Shown: positions 1 to 11,049, counted from the stretch's first letter. The stretch is DNA of 32,000 nucleotides from Longivirga aurantiaca (GCF_042660085.1 NZ_JBHSTI010000008.1:1149876-1181875); one strand, 5' to 3'. Made by a program: numbers and translations. Notes: generated by a model not told the origin, from the letters alone.

Positions 1-10
1 ACCCGGGTAA
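1..10 (+). repeat. Truncated 3' end (acccgggtaa) of the 62-bp-period intergenic repeat family; the window boundary cuts it
   Basis: Identical to the terminal ACCCGGGTAA of the copies at 13541-13550 and 19681-19690. Confidence 0.6.
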
Positions 11-71
11 GGGGTGTCCGGGGCTGGGAGCGGCGGCGGTCAGCGTCCGCGGCGGCGGTTAGGGTCGTCGC

Positions 72-1907
<1,836 letters not shown>

Positions 1908-1918
1908 CCCGACGGTTA

Positions 1919-2314
1919 TCAGCGGGCCTCGGGGTCGTCCTGGTGGATGCCGAACGTGTTGCCCTCGGTGTCGAGGTAGTACCCCTGCCAGGCCATGCCG
2001 GTGAGCGCCGTCTTCGGCATCGCGACCCGGCCGCCTGCCGCGAGGATGCGTGTCTCGGTGTCGTCGTAGTCCTCGACGCCCATCGTGCAGACGAACGCGT
2101 TGGCACCCTGCCCCTCCCCGGGGGCCGTGGCGGGCCGCTGGAGCAGGCCCCCGTCGATGCCGGGCTCGCCCTCCGGACCGGTGATGACGCCCCAGTACGG
2201 CGTGCCGGCGAACCGCCCGTAGTCCTGGAACTCCCACCCGAAGGCGGCGGCGTAGAACGCCTTTGCGCGCTCGACGTCGTCGGCGTGGATCTCGAAGTGA
2301 ACGACTCTCGACAT
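1919..2314 (-). CDS. VOC (glyoxalase/bleomycin resistance-like) family protein
   Basis: MSRVVHFEIHADDVERAKAFYAAAFGWEF...GIHQDDPEAR is typical of VOC proteins; the internal ATG at 2314 is preferred over the ORF-track start at 2404. Confidence 0.88.
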   Translation of the reverse strand: MSRVVHFEIHADDVERAKAFYAAAFGWEFQDYGRFAGTPYWGVITGPEGEPGIDGGLLQRPATAPGEGQGANAFVCTMGVEDYDDTETRILAAGGRVAMPKTALTGMAWQGYYLDTEGNTFGIHQDDPEAR

Positions 2315-2452
2315 GGCCCCTCCTCGGTGCCGTCCGACGCCCCGATCCTCGCACTCGGACAGGCGCTGTCGCCCCTCGGTCGCGAGCGCGCGACAGCCCC
2401 GCACCGGTCACGCCTCCGGCGAGCCGGTGCGGGCCCTCGGTGGTGCCGCGGG

Positions 2453-2701
2453 TCAGGCCTCGACGGGGACGGGGAAGACCTGGTCGGCGCGGTGGCCGGC
2501 GCGCTCGTGGATGCGCTGCACCGCCGCGGCGTCCGGCGCCTCGGAGATGCACCAGACCATGCCCGACTCGGGGTCGGCCCAGGCGTGCTCGAAGCTCACA
2601 CCCTCCTCGCTCTGGATCGCGAGGTCGGCGTTGTGCGCCTCGAGCAGGCCCTCCGGCGTGATCCCGTGCATCCCGGTGTGGACGTCCATGAACTTCGGCA
2701 T
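2453..2701 (-). CDS. Small DUF4242 / SCO4226-like (nickel-binding family) protein
   Basis: 82 aa, MPKFMDVHTGMHGITPEGLLEAHNADLAIQSEEGVSFEHAWADPESGMVWCISEAPDAAAVQRIHERAG, resembles the DUF4242 pattern. Confidence 0.75.
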   Translation of the reverse strand: MPKFMDVHTGMHGITPEGLLEAHNADLAIQSEEGVSFEHAWADPESGMVWCISEAPDAAAVQRIHERAGHRADQVFPVPVEA

Positions 2702-2762
2702 CGCGGCCTCCTGGTGGACTGCCCCCTCCGCGCCCTGACGGTCCTCTGGCAGGCCCGACCCG

Positions 2763-3044
2763 TCAAGCCTTCTCCAGCAGGGGCCTCAGGGGGGCAGCGG
2801 CGTCGGCGAGCCGGTCGGTGCCGGTCGGCTTGCGGCTGCCCATGAGCGCCTCGATGTCGTCGGCCACGTCCCGCACGTTGACGTTCATGCCGGCGAGCAC
2901 CACGCCCTGCGCGGTCCAGAAGGCGAGGAGCTCCGGCTTCTCGACGTCGCCCCCGGCATAGCTGTCGGGGTCGGACGTGCGCACGTCGACGCCGTTCTTC
3001 ACGTGCAGGTCGGCGAGCACCTGCGCGACCTCGGGGCCGAGCAC
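2763..3044 (-). pseudogene. Internally deleted remnant of an NAD(P)/FAD-dependent oxidoreductase (ferredoxin reductase type)
   Basis: The 93-aa ORF joins VLGPEVAQVLADLHVKNGVDVR (mid-protein), RTSDPDSYAGGDV (second FAD motif) and ELLAFWTAQGVVLAGMNVNVRDVADDIEALM (C-terminal reductase domain). The intervening and N-terminal domains are missing. Confidence 0.72.
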
Positions 3045-3069
3045 TCCGACGAGGGAGACGGGTCGGGGG

Positions 3070-4767
3070 TCAGGACCGCGGCTCCCACCGGAAGGTGCGC
3101 CACGCGACCGCCGCGGCCGCGAGGCCCCACAGCGCGATGACGCCCAGGTGCCCCCACCACGCCGTGCCGAGCCCCTGCCCGGAGCTGGCCGCCACGGTGA
3201 GAGCCGCCATGTGCCGCAGCGGGAACGTCCAGCCGATCGCCGACATGACCGTGGGCAGGCCCGGCGAGTTCACGAAGATGTCCGAGACCATCGACAGCGG
3301 GAGCAGCGTCACGAGGGCGACGGCCGTCACGCTCTCCGGCGACTCGATGAGGCTGGCCAGCAGGAGGCCCAGGGCGGTGAGGCAGGCGATGACCGCCGCG
3401 AACGCGAACGCGGTCACCACCACCGCAGCCGGACCCACCCGAACGCCGAAGAGGACCGCGCCGACGGCGAAGACCGCCACGACGGTCGCCGCACCGAGGA
3501 GCGCCGCCGCGCCGATGCGACCCGCGAGGTACGCGCTGGACGGGAGCGGGGTGCCGCGAAGTCGCTTGAGCACGAGTCGGGATCGGTCGTCGGCAAGCGT
3601 CGAGGGCAGGGAGACATAGGCCATCACGGCGACGCCGTACACGGCGAGCGCGGGGGCGAGGTACTGCGGCAGCGGCAGCCCGCCCCAGGTGGCCTCGCGC
3701 CCGTAGACCGCGGAGAAGAAGACCAGCAGCAGGACCGGGAAGACGATGGCGAAGAAGACCGCCAGCGGGTCGCGCAGCAGCTTCACCGCGGTGAACCGCG
3801 TCTGCCCCCAGGCGAGACGCCACCACGACGGCGCGCCGACGTCGGTAGCGGGCCCGAGCGTCACGGGGACGGGGACGGGGGCGGGCGCGGAGCGCGTGGG
3901 GACGGCGCCCGTGCTGATCGCGCCGCGGCGGGACCGGTGCTCCCGGGACGGGTGCGGCTCCCAGGTGAAGAACCGGAGCGCCACGAGCGCACCGGCCGTG
4001 CCCCACGCGAGCATGACCGCGAGGTGGCCCCACGCAGGGCCGTTGTCGGCCAGGAACGGGTTGAAGCCGTCCGCCACCGCGTTCACGAAGTGCTTGAGCG
4101 GGAAGAACCAGCCGACCTGGGCGAGCCACTGCGGCAGCTGCACCACGAACACGTCGGAGATGAACGCCAGCAGGATCAGGCAGCCGTTGGCCAGCGCCTG
4201 GGTCGCGGCAGGGGTCGGCGCGATCGACACGAGCGCGAGACCCAGCGCGGCGAAGCACGCCACACCGACCACGAAGGTCAGCACGACGGCCGGCAGCGTG
4301 CGCCAGACGATGTCCACGTCGTACGCCACGACTCCCACCACGGTGACGACGGCGAAGGCGAGCAGCGACACGTACACCGCCGAGGCCACGCGGCCGGCGA
4401 GGTGCACCCAGGGAGGGAGCGGGGTCGAGCGCAGCCGCTTGAGGACACCGGCCTCGCGTGCGTAGGCGACGCCGAGCGCCAGCGAGACGAAGGCAGCCAT
4501 GCAGGCGCCGAACACGGCGAACACCGGGACGAGGAACTGCGCGAAGCGCACGCCGGACCTGTCGCTGATCGTGGCGTTTCCGGCGATGGCGCAGACCACC
4601 ACGACGAACGACACCGGGAACACGAGCGTGAAGAACGCGGCGACCGGCGTGCGCCAGAAGCTCCTGGTGGCGTATCGGAACTGGCTGCGGAGCATGCTCC
4701 ACGTCGTCGGTTCCCCGCCGGCGCCGGAGGTCGCCGGCCGAAGCGTCGTCCGCGCGGTGTCAGTCAC
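3070..4767 (-). CDS. ABC-2 type transporter permease, two permease halves fused in one polypeptide
   Basis: Two similar halves, MLRSQFRYATRSFWRTPVAAFFTLVFPVSFVVVVCAI and AWGQTRFTAVKLLRDPLAVFFAIVFPVLLLVFFSAVYG, each with multiple TM segments. Start is GTG 4767 (overlapping the upstream stop) or ATG 4695. Confidence 0.87.
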   Translation of the reverse strand: MTDTARTTLRPATSGAGGEPTTWSMLRSQFRYATRSFWRTPVAAFFTLVFPVSFVVVVCAIAGNATISDRSGVRFAQFLVPVFAVFGACMAAFVSLALGVAYAREAGVLKRLRSTPLPPWVHLAGRVASAVYVSLLAFAVVTVVGVVAYDVDIVWRTLPAVVLTFVVGVACFAALGLALVSIAPTPAATQALANGCLILLAFISDVFVVQLPQWLAQVGWFFPLKHFVNAVADGFNPFLADNGPAWGHLAVMLAWGTAGALVALRFFTWEPHPSREHRSRRGAISTGAVPTRSAPAPVPVPVTLGPATDVGAPSWWRLAWGQTRFTAVKLLRDPLAVFFAIVFPVLLLVFFSAVYGREATWGGLPLPQYLAPALAVYGVAVMAYVSLPSTLADDRSRLVLKRLRGTPLPSSAYLAGRIGAAALLGAATVVAVFAVGAVLFGVRVGPAAVVVTAFAFAAVIACLTALGLLLASLIESPESVTAVALVTLLPLSMVSDIFVNSPGLPTVMSAIGWTFPLRHMAALTVAASSGQGLGTAWWGHLGVIALWGLAAAAVAWRTFRWEPRS

Positions 4768-5668
4768 CGCCCTCGCCGCCCGTGAGCCGCAGGTAGACGT
4801 CCTCGAGGGTCGGCTGGGACAGCGTGAGGTCGGCCAGCTCGAGGTCGAGCCCCGTGGCCCAGGCACCGAGGGCGGCCATGTCGCCGGTGGGCCGCGAGGT
4901 CGCGACGGTGACCTGCGAGGCCGTCACCTCGGGTCGACCGCTGAGGGTGGGCAGGTCGTCCGGGCCCATACCCTCCGGCAGCCGGAACGACAGGACGGCG
5001 CTGCGGTCCGCGCCGGCGAGATCGGCCGGCGACCCCTCCGCGACGACGGTGCCCGCCACCAGCACCACCACGCGATCGGCCAGCCTCTCGGCCTCCTCCA
5101 TGTAGTGCGTGGTGAGCAGGATCGTCGTCCCGAGGTCGCGGAGCGAGGCGATGAGGTCCCAGGCGCGGTGCCGGGCGGCGGGGTCGAACCCCGTGGTCGG
5201 CTCGTCGAGGAACAGCAGGTCGGGGCTGCCGACCAGGCCCAGCGCGAGGTCGAGGCGGCGCTTCTCGCCGCCCGAGAGCGTCTTGGTCCGCGCATCCCTG
5301 CGTTCGGTCAGCCCCACGAGCCCGATCAGCTCCTCGACGTCCAGGCGGCGGGGGTAGAGACCGGCGTACATCTCGACGAGCTCGGCGACGCGGAACTCCT
5401 CGTCGAAGCCGGCCTCCTGCAGCACGACGCCGATCCGCTCCCGGAACGCACGTCCACCGGTCGCCGGGTCGTAGCCGAGCACCTCGACGGAGCCGGCCGT
5501 GCGCTCGCGGTGACCTTCGAGGATCTCGACCGTGGTCGACTTGCCGGCGCCGTTGGGCCCGAGGAGTGCGAACACCTCGCCCTCGGCGACGGAGAAGCTC
5601 ACATCGGCCACCGCCCGCACGGGTCCGTAGTCCCGTCGGAGCGATCGCACGACGATGACGTCGCTCAC
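4760..5668 (-). CDS. ABC transporter ATP-binding protein (drug/antibiotic exporter type)
   Basis: LLGPNGAGKSTTVEILEGHRERTAG (Walker A), LSGGEKRRLDLALGLVGSPDLLFLDEPTTGFDP (signature and Walker B). Confidence 0.95.
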   Translation of the reverse strand: MSDVIVVRSLRRDYGPVRAVADVSFSVAEGEVFALLGPNGAGKSTTVEILEGHRERTAGSVEVLGYDPATGGRAFRERIGVVLQEAGFDEEFRVAELVEMYAGLYPRRLDVEELIGLVGLTERRDARTKTLSGGEKRRLDLALGLVGSPDLLFLDEPTTGFDPAARHRAWDLIASLRDLGTTILLTTHYMEEAERLADRVVVLVAGTVVAEGSPADLAGADRSAVLSFRLPEGMGPDDLPTLSGRPEVTASQVTVATSRPTGDMAALGAWATGLDLELADLTLSQPTLEDVYLRLTGGEGGD

Positions 5669-5889
5669 CTGCCCAGGTTACGACCGTCGATGGACCGCAC
5701 GCGTGCTGGAGGCAGCCCTCGGGGCTCGCGCTGCATCGGGCGCTGCGCCGGAGCACGATGGCAGATGAGCGGACCGCGCCTGCGTGCCCCCGTGCCGCAC
5801 GCCGCCCTCTCCGCTCGTCGCCGCACGCGGCGGCTGCCCCGGGCCTCCGGGCGCGATGCCTGCCCGTGCCGAGGCCGGAGGTGCAGGTC

Positions 5890-6894
5890 ATGACCGAGGA
5901 ACGCCAGGTCACACCGATCAGCGGCTGGGTGGTGCTGCCGGTCGCCGTCGTGCTCTACGTCGCCACGCCCCTGCTGGTGTGGTGGTCGTTCGTGGCCGGG
6001 GACGTCACGGCCGAGGGCGGCGCACCGGTCTGGCCGATGTTCGTCGCCGGCCTTGCCTGCCTCCTGCTGGCGATCGTCACGACCGTGGGCTTCTACACGC
6101 TCCAGCCCAACGAGGCACGTGTCCTGATCCTGTTCGGCAGCTACCGGGGCACCGTGCGAGCTCCCGGGTTCGCGTGGGGCAACCCGTTCTACGCCAACGG
6201 TTCCAGCGGCAAGCAGGCTGCGTCGGCGGCACCGCTGCGCAAGGGCAAGGGTGACACCGAGGCGGCGCAGCTGCCGAGCCCGCCGCGGCGCTACAAGGTC
6301 TCGCTGCGCGCGCGCACCCTCAACGGCGACCGGCTCAAGGTGAACGACCGCCGCGGCAACCCCGTCGAGATCGCGGCGGTCGTCGTCTGGCGGGTGCAGG
6401 ACACGGCCAAGGCCGTCTTCGACGTCGACGACGTCGACACCTACGTGGCGACGCAGAGCGAGACGTCGGTACGGCACCTCGCCACCCGCTACCCGTACGA
6501 CACGGGGGAGTCGAGCGGTGACGGGGAGGACGAGGTGACCCTCCGGGGCAACGTCGACGAGGTCTCCGACGCCCTGCGGGTGGAGCTGCAGGAGCGGCTC
6601 GCGCCCGCCGGCGTGCAGGTCGACCAGGCGCGCCTCACGCACCTCGCCTACGCGCCCGAGATCGCCCAGGCCATGCTGCGCCGCCAGCAGGCCGAGGCCG
6701 TGATCGCGGCCCGGCGCAAGATCGTCACGGGGGCGGTGAGCATGGTGGAGATGGCCCTCGCCGACCTCGCCGACAGGGGCGTCGTGGACCTCGACGCGGA
6801 GCACCGGGCCTCGATGGTCGGCAACCTGATGGTCGTCCTCTGCGGTGAGAGCCAGGTGACCCCCGTCCTGAGCGCCGGGACGTCGATGGCCTGA
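5890..6894 (+). CDS. SPFH domain / band-7-like membrane protein
   Basis: Two N-terminal TM segments, then GFYTLQPNEARVLILFGSYRGTVRAPGFAWGNPFY...RTLNGDRLKVNDRRGNPVEIAAVVVWRVQDTAKAVFDVDD. ATG 5890 preceded by ggaggt. Confidence 0.92.
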   Translation: MTEERQVTPISGWVVLPVAVVLYVATPLLVWWSFVAGDVTAEGGAPVWPMFVAGLACLLLAIVTTVGFYTLQPNEARVLILFGSYRGTVRAPGFAWGNPFYANGSSGKQAASAAPLRKGKGDTEAAQLPSPPRRYKVSLRARTLNGDRLKVNDRRGNPVEIAAVVVWRVQDTAKAVFDVDDVDTYVATQSETSVRHLATRYPYDTGESSGDGEDEVTLRGNVDEVSDALRVELQERLAPAGVQVDQARLTHLAYAPEIAQAMLRRQQAEAVIAARRKIVTGAVSMVEMALADLADRGVVDLDAEHRASMVGNLMVVLCGESQVTPVLSAGTSMA

Positions 6895-7047
6895 CGGACC
6901 CGGTCGGCGCCGAGATGCCTCGGGAGCCCCGACGGGAGCAGGATGGGAGCGGCGAGCGGGCTCCCGCTCCCGCGCTCCGGGCAGGTCCGGGGCGCCTCGG
7001 GCGGGCCGAAGCTCCTACCACCGCAGCCGTGGTACTCGGGAGGGGCC

Positions 7048-7377
7048 ATGTCCAACGAGATGCAGCACGAACCCCAGATCCGTGGATACGAGGCACCGGC
7101 GCTCGACCGGCCGACGGCCGAGACCCGCGCACGCGTCGCCGCGCGACGCAGGCTCGAGGAGAAGCGCAAGTTCAGCGGCCACCTGGCGACGTACGTCGTG
7201 GTCAACGCCTTCCTCGTGGGCATCTGGTACTGGAACGGGGCCGGGTCCTTCTGGCCGGGATGGGTCATGGCCGGCTGGGGGATCGGCCTGGTGCTCAACT
7301 TCTGGGAGGTCTACCTGAGGCGTCCGATCACCGAGGCGGACATCGAGGCGGAGATGCGCCGCTCGAGCGGTGGCTGA
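7048..7377 (+). CDS. 2TM domain-containing small membrane protein
   Basis: RRRLEEKRKFSGHLATYVVVNAFLVGIWYWNGAGSFWPGWVMAGWGIGLVLNFWEVYLRRPITEADIEAEMRR, typical 2TM domain layout; ATG 7048 preceded by gggaggggcc. Confidence 0.85.
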   Translation: MSNEMQHEPQIRGYEAPALDRPTAETRARVAARRRLEEKRKFSGHLATYVVVNAFLVGIWYWNGAGSFWPGWVMAGWGIGLVLNFWEVYLRRPITEADIEAEMRRSSGG

Positions 7378-7420
7378 GGGCAGGCCCCGTCCGCGCCGTC
7401 GAGCCGGGCCCTCGTCGGCA

Positions 7421-7447
7421 CCGCCGGTCCTCGTTCCGCACCGGCGG
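7421..7447. promoter_or_regulatory. Inverted repeat CCGCCGGT-N11-ACCGGCGG upstream of hsp20
   Basis: 8-bp perfect inverted arms read directly from sequence, lying between the 2TM gene stop (7377) and the Hsp20 start (7481). Confidence 0.45.
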
Positions 7448-7480
7448 CAGACACCTGGCCCTTCGTGAGGAGGTAGCACG

Positions 7481-7921
7481 ATGACGACGATCGAGAAGTA
7501 CGAGCGTCCGACGTTCCAGGACGTGCTGTGGTCGACCTGGCCGTTCAGCTCGCTGGCGCTGGAGTTCCCCGTCCGCGACATGGCGTCGATGCGGATCGAG
7601 GAGTTCATGGACGGCGACACGCTCGTCGTGCGCGCCGAGCTCCCTGGCATCGACCCGGCCAAGGACGTCGAGATCACGGTGGCCGACGGCTTCATGACCA
7701 TCGCGGCCGAGCGCACCCAGGAGAAGACCGAGGGCGAGGAGGGGAAGCCCGGCTACCGGTCGGAGTTCTCCTACGGGTCCTACCGCAGGGTCGTCCGGAT
7801 GCCGGCGGGCGTGCGCGAGGACGACGTGACGGCGACGTACCACGACGGGATCCTCGAGGTCCGCGTGCCGGTGGCCAGTGAGCCGCCGACACCCGGGAAG
7901 GTCCCGGTGACGCGCGTCTAG
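7481..7921 (+). CDS. Hsp20/alpha-crystallin family small heat-shock protein
   Basis: RIEEFMDGDTLVVRAELPGIDPAKDVEITVADGFMTIAAERTQEKTEGEEGKPGYRSEFSYGSYRRVVRMPAGVREDDVTATYHDGILEVRVPV; RBS gaggaggt. Confidence 0.96.
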   Translation: MTTIEKYERPTFQDVLWSTWPFSSLALEFPVRDMASMRIEEFMDGDTLVVRAELPGIDPAKDVEITVADGFMTIAAERTQEKTEGEEGKPGYRSEFSYGSYRRVVRMPAGVREDDVTATYHDGILEVRVPVASEPPTPGKVPVTRV

Positions 7922-7981
7922 CGCCCACGAGGTCGGGGCCGGCACCACGTCCGGCCCCGACCCCTCGCGCCGGGGCAGGCG

Positions 7982-10672
7982 TTGACCCCGGTGAGCAGGC
8001 ACGACGGGCACCGGGGAGGTGCGGACCACGTGGGCGGCTCCCACCCACCGAGCGACGGCCTGCCGGCCGTCGCGATCCTCCCCGTGGACGTCGACCCCGC
8101 CGGGCTGACGTCGCTCGAAGCGGCTCGCCGCCTCGAGGAGGCCGGCCGCAACGAGATCGAGCAGCGGGGCCGCGTCACCGTCTGGGCCGGGGTCGGGCAG
8201 CAGCTGCGCGACCCGCTGATCGTCGTGCTGCTGGCGGCCTGCCTCCTCACGATCGTCACCGGCGACCTGACCGACGCCGCCGTCATCGCGCTCGTCGTGG
8301 TGGCCAACACCGTCATCGGCGTGTGGCAGGAGATCAAGGCCGACAAAGCAGTCACGGCGCTGGCGGCGCTCACGTCGCCGTCGGTCCGCGTTCGCCGGGA
8401 CGGATCAGAGACGTCGGTGCCGTCGCCCGAGCTCGTCTGCGGCGACGTGGTGCTCCTGGGCGAGGGCGACATCGTGCCGGCCGACGCCCTGCTGCTCGAG
8501 GCGTCGTCGCTCCTGGTCGACGAGTCGAGCCTCACGGGGGAGTCGGTCGCGGTCGGCAAGCGTGCGCCGCACGGCGAGCACCCGGGCGAGGAGCTGTCGT
8601 CGGGCACCGTCGTCGTGAAGGGTCGTGCGGTCGCCGCCGTCACCGCCACCGGTGCCTCCAGCGCGCTGGGGCGGATCGCCGCGCTCATGGACACGAGCGC
8701 CCACGCCACGCCGCTGCAGATCCGGCTGGCCTCGCTCGGTCGCGTGCTCGCGCTGGTGGTGGTGGCGCTGAGCCTGGTCGTGATGCTGCTCGGGCTCGCC
8801 CGCGGCGAGCCGCTGGAGGTCATGCTGCTGACCGCCGTCAGCCTCGCCGTCGCCGCGGTGCCGGAGTCGCTGCCCGCCGTGGTCACCGTGGCGCTGGCGC
8901 TCGGTGCCCGCCGCATGGCCGAGTCGAACGCGATCGTGCGCAGGCTCTCCGCCGTCGAGACGCTCGGGTCGGTGAGCGTCCTCGCCACCGACAAGACGGG
9001 GACGCTGACGCAGGCCCAGATGCTCGTCGAGGAGATCTGGACCCCGCACCGCCGAGTCGGGGTCTCCGGCAACGGCTATGAGCCCGAGGGCGAGCTCGTC
9101 GAGGCCGGCGCGCGGCTGGCGACGTCCGGTGCAGCGGACGTCGTCGAGCTGCTGCGGGCCGCCGTGCTCTGCAACGACGCCACGCTCGTCCCGCCCGACG
9201 GTCCGGACGGCACGTGGTCCGGGCTCGGCGATCCGACCGAGTGCGCGCTGCTCGCGGCCGCCGGCAAGGCCGGGCTCACCCGCGAGTCCCTCGAGCGCCT
9301 GCACCCCCGGGTTGCCGAGGTGCCGTTCGACAGCGCGCGCCAGCGGATGTCGACGGTGCACGCGCTCGATCCCGACCACCCCGAGCAGCTCCTCGTGGTC
9401 ACCAAGGGGTCCGTGGAGGCCCTGCACGCCGTGCACGGCCCCGGGGCGCACCCGGTCGTGTGGCACGAGGCGCTCACCGCCGCGGCCGAGCTCTCGGCGT
9501 CGGGCTTCCGGGTGCTCGCGCTCGCCGCGGGGACCTGCCACGACGGCCGGTGGGAGCACGCCGAGCAACGGCTCCTCGGCCTCGTGGCCATGAACGACCC
9601 GGCGAAGCCGGCAGCCAGGGCGACGCTCGAGGCGTGCCGCGCCGCAGGCATCACGCCCGTCCTCATCACCGGGGACCACAGGGAGACCGCCAACGCCGTC
9701 GCCCTCGACGTCGGAGTGCTCGACGCAGGCGCCGATTCGGGCGGCCTCGTCGTCGTGACCGGTCCGCAGATCCTCGCCGGCGAGGTGCCCGACCTGACCG
9801 TGCCGCGCGTCTTCGCCCGGACGTCGCCGGAGCAGAAGCTCGACATCGTCCAGGCGTGGAAGGATCGCGGCGCCGTGGTCGCGATGACGGGGGACGGCGT
9901 CAACGACGGCCCTGCCCTGCGGCGCGCGGACATCGGCGTCGCGATGGGCCACCGCGGCACCGAGGTAGCGCGGCAGGCCTCGGACCTCGTGCTCGCCGAC
10001 GACGAGCTCGGCACGGTGGTGACGGCGGTTCACGAGGGACGGCGGGTCTACGACAACATCCGCCTCTTCCTCGTCTTCGGCCTCGCGGGCGGCGCCGCCG
10101 AGATCCTCGTCATGCTCCTCGGCCCGTTCTGCGGCCTGACGGTGCCGCTGCTCGCGGCGCAGATCCTCTGGATCAACCTCCTGACTCACGGCTCGACCGG
10201 CGTCGCCCTCGGCAGCGAACCCGCAGCGCCGGGGACCATGCGGCGAGGTCCGCGGCCCCCGGAGCAGAGCGTGCTCGGCGACGGGCTGTGGCAGCGCGTC
10301 CTCGAGATCGCGGTGGTGATCGGCACGGTCACGCTCGGCCTCGGGCTCTGGGCGGAGGGCACCGGCCGCGAGTGGCAGAGCATGGTGTTCCTCGCCCTGG
10401 TGAGCCTGCAGCTCGGCGTCGCGGTCGGCCTGCGTCCGCGCCAGCTCACGACGAGCAACCTGATGCTGCCCGTGACGGTCGCGCTATCGGCGGTGCTCGC
10501 GCTCGCGGGCGTCTACCTGCCGGTGCTGGCCGACATCCTCGGCACCGTCCCCCTGCCGCCCGCCGATGCCGCGCTGGCGGTGTCGACCGCGGTGATCGGC
10601 TGGCTCGCCAGCCGGGTCACCGGCTGGGTCCAGGTACGTCGCCGTGGCCCGACTCATCAGCAGCAGCCCTGA
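7982..10672 (+). CDS. Cation-translocating P-type ATPase (HAD-IC family, P2-like)
   Basis: Phosphorylation motif DKTGTLTQAQ, VDESSLTGES, AMTGDGVNDGPALRRADIGVAMG, multiple TM segments. The start (TTG 7982) is uncertain. Confidence 0.95.
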   Translation: MTPVSRHDGHRGGADHVGGSHPPSDGLPAVAILPVDVDPAGLTSLEAARRLEEAGRNEIEQRGRVTVWAGVGQQLRDPLIVVLLAACLLTIVTGDLTDAAVIALVVVANTVIGVWQEIKADKAVTALAALTSPSVRVRRDGSETSVPSPELVCGDVVLLGEGDIVPADALLLEASSLLVDESSLTGESVAVGKRAPHGEHPGEELSSGTVVVKGRAVAAVTATGASSALGRIAALMDTSAHATPLQIRLASLGRVLALVVVALSLVVMLLGLARGEPLEVMLLTAVSLAVAAVPESLPAVVTVALALGARRMAESNAIVRRLSAVETLGSVSVLATDKTGTLTQAQMLVEEIWTPHRRVGVSGNGYEPEGELVEAGARLATSGAADVVELLRAAVLCNDATLVPPDGPDGTWSGLGDPTECALLAAAGKAGLTRESLERLHPRVAEVPFDSARQRMSTVHALDPDHPEQLLVVTKGSVEALHAVHGPGAHPVVWHEALTAAAELSASGFRVLALAAGTCHDGRWEHAEQRLLGLVAMNDPAKPAARATLEACRAAGITPVLITGDHRETANAVALDVGVLDAGADSGGLVVVTGPQILAGEVPDLTVPRVFARTSPEQKLDIVQAWKDRGAVVAMTGDGVNDGPALRRADIGVAMGHRGTEVARQASDLVLADDELGTVVTAVHEGRRVYDNIRLFLVFGLAGGAAEILVMLLGPFCGLTVPLLAAQILWINLLTHGSTGVALGSEPAAPGTMRRGPRPPEQSVLGDGLWQRVLEIAVVIGTVTLGLGLWAEGTGREWQSMVFLALVSLQLGVAVGLRPRQLTTSNLMLPVTVALSAVLALAGVYLPVLADILGTVPLPPADAALAVSTAVIGWLASRVTGWVQVRRRGPTHQQQP

Positions 10673-10701
10673 TCCGGCTGGACGGCCGCCCGGCGCTCCG
10701 G

Positions 10702-11049
10702 TCAGTCGACCCGGGGCGGGGCGCCGGTGTCGGAGGCGAGCTCGCCCCCGGCCGCCTGCCACGCACGCAGCCCACCGTGCAGCACGCGTGCGTCGACGCC
10801 CGCCGCCCGCAGGTGCACCACGGCCTGCTCCGCGCGACGCCCGGAGCGGCTGGCGACGATGACCGGCCGCTGCCGCGGCATCACGGCGATCGCCGGCCCG
10901 AGCTCGTCCATGGGCACGTGGACGGAGTGGGGCGAGTGGCCGTGCGACCACTCGCGGGCGTCGCGGACGTCGATCAGCATCCCGTCTCCGGCGATCAGCC
11001 GCATCGCATCGTCGGGCTCGATCGAGGGCATCCGATCGTCGTGTGCCAT
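10702..11049 (-). CDS. Rhodanese-like domain protein
   Basis: MLIDVRDAREWSHGHSPHSVHVPMDELG...VIVASRSGRRAEQAVVHLRAAGVDARVLHGGLRAW. The usual catalytic Cys position reads SRSGRR, i.e. Ser instead of Cys. Confidence 0.85.
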   Translation of the reverse strand: MAHDDRMPSIEPDDAMRLIAGDGMLIDVRDAREWSHGHSPHSVHVPMDELGPAIAVMPRQRPVIVASRSGRRAEQAVVHLRAAGVDARVLHGGLRAWQAAGGELASDTGAPPRVD

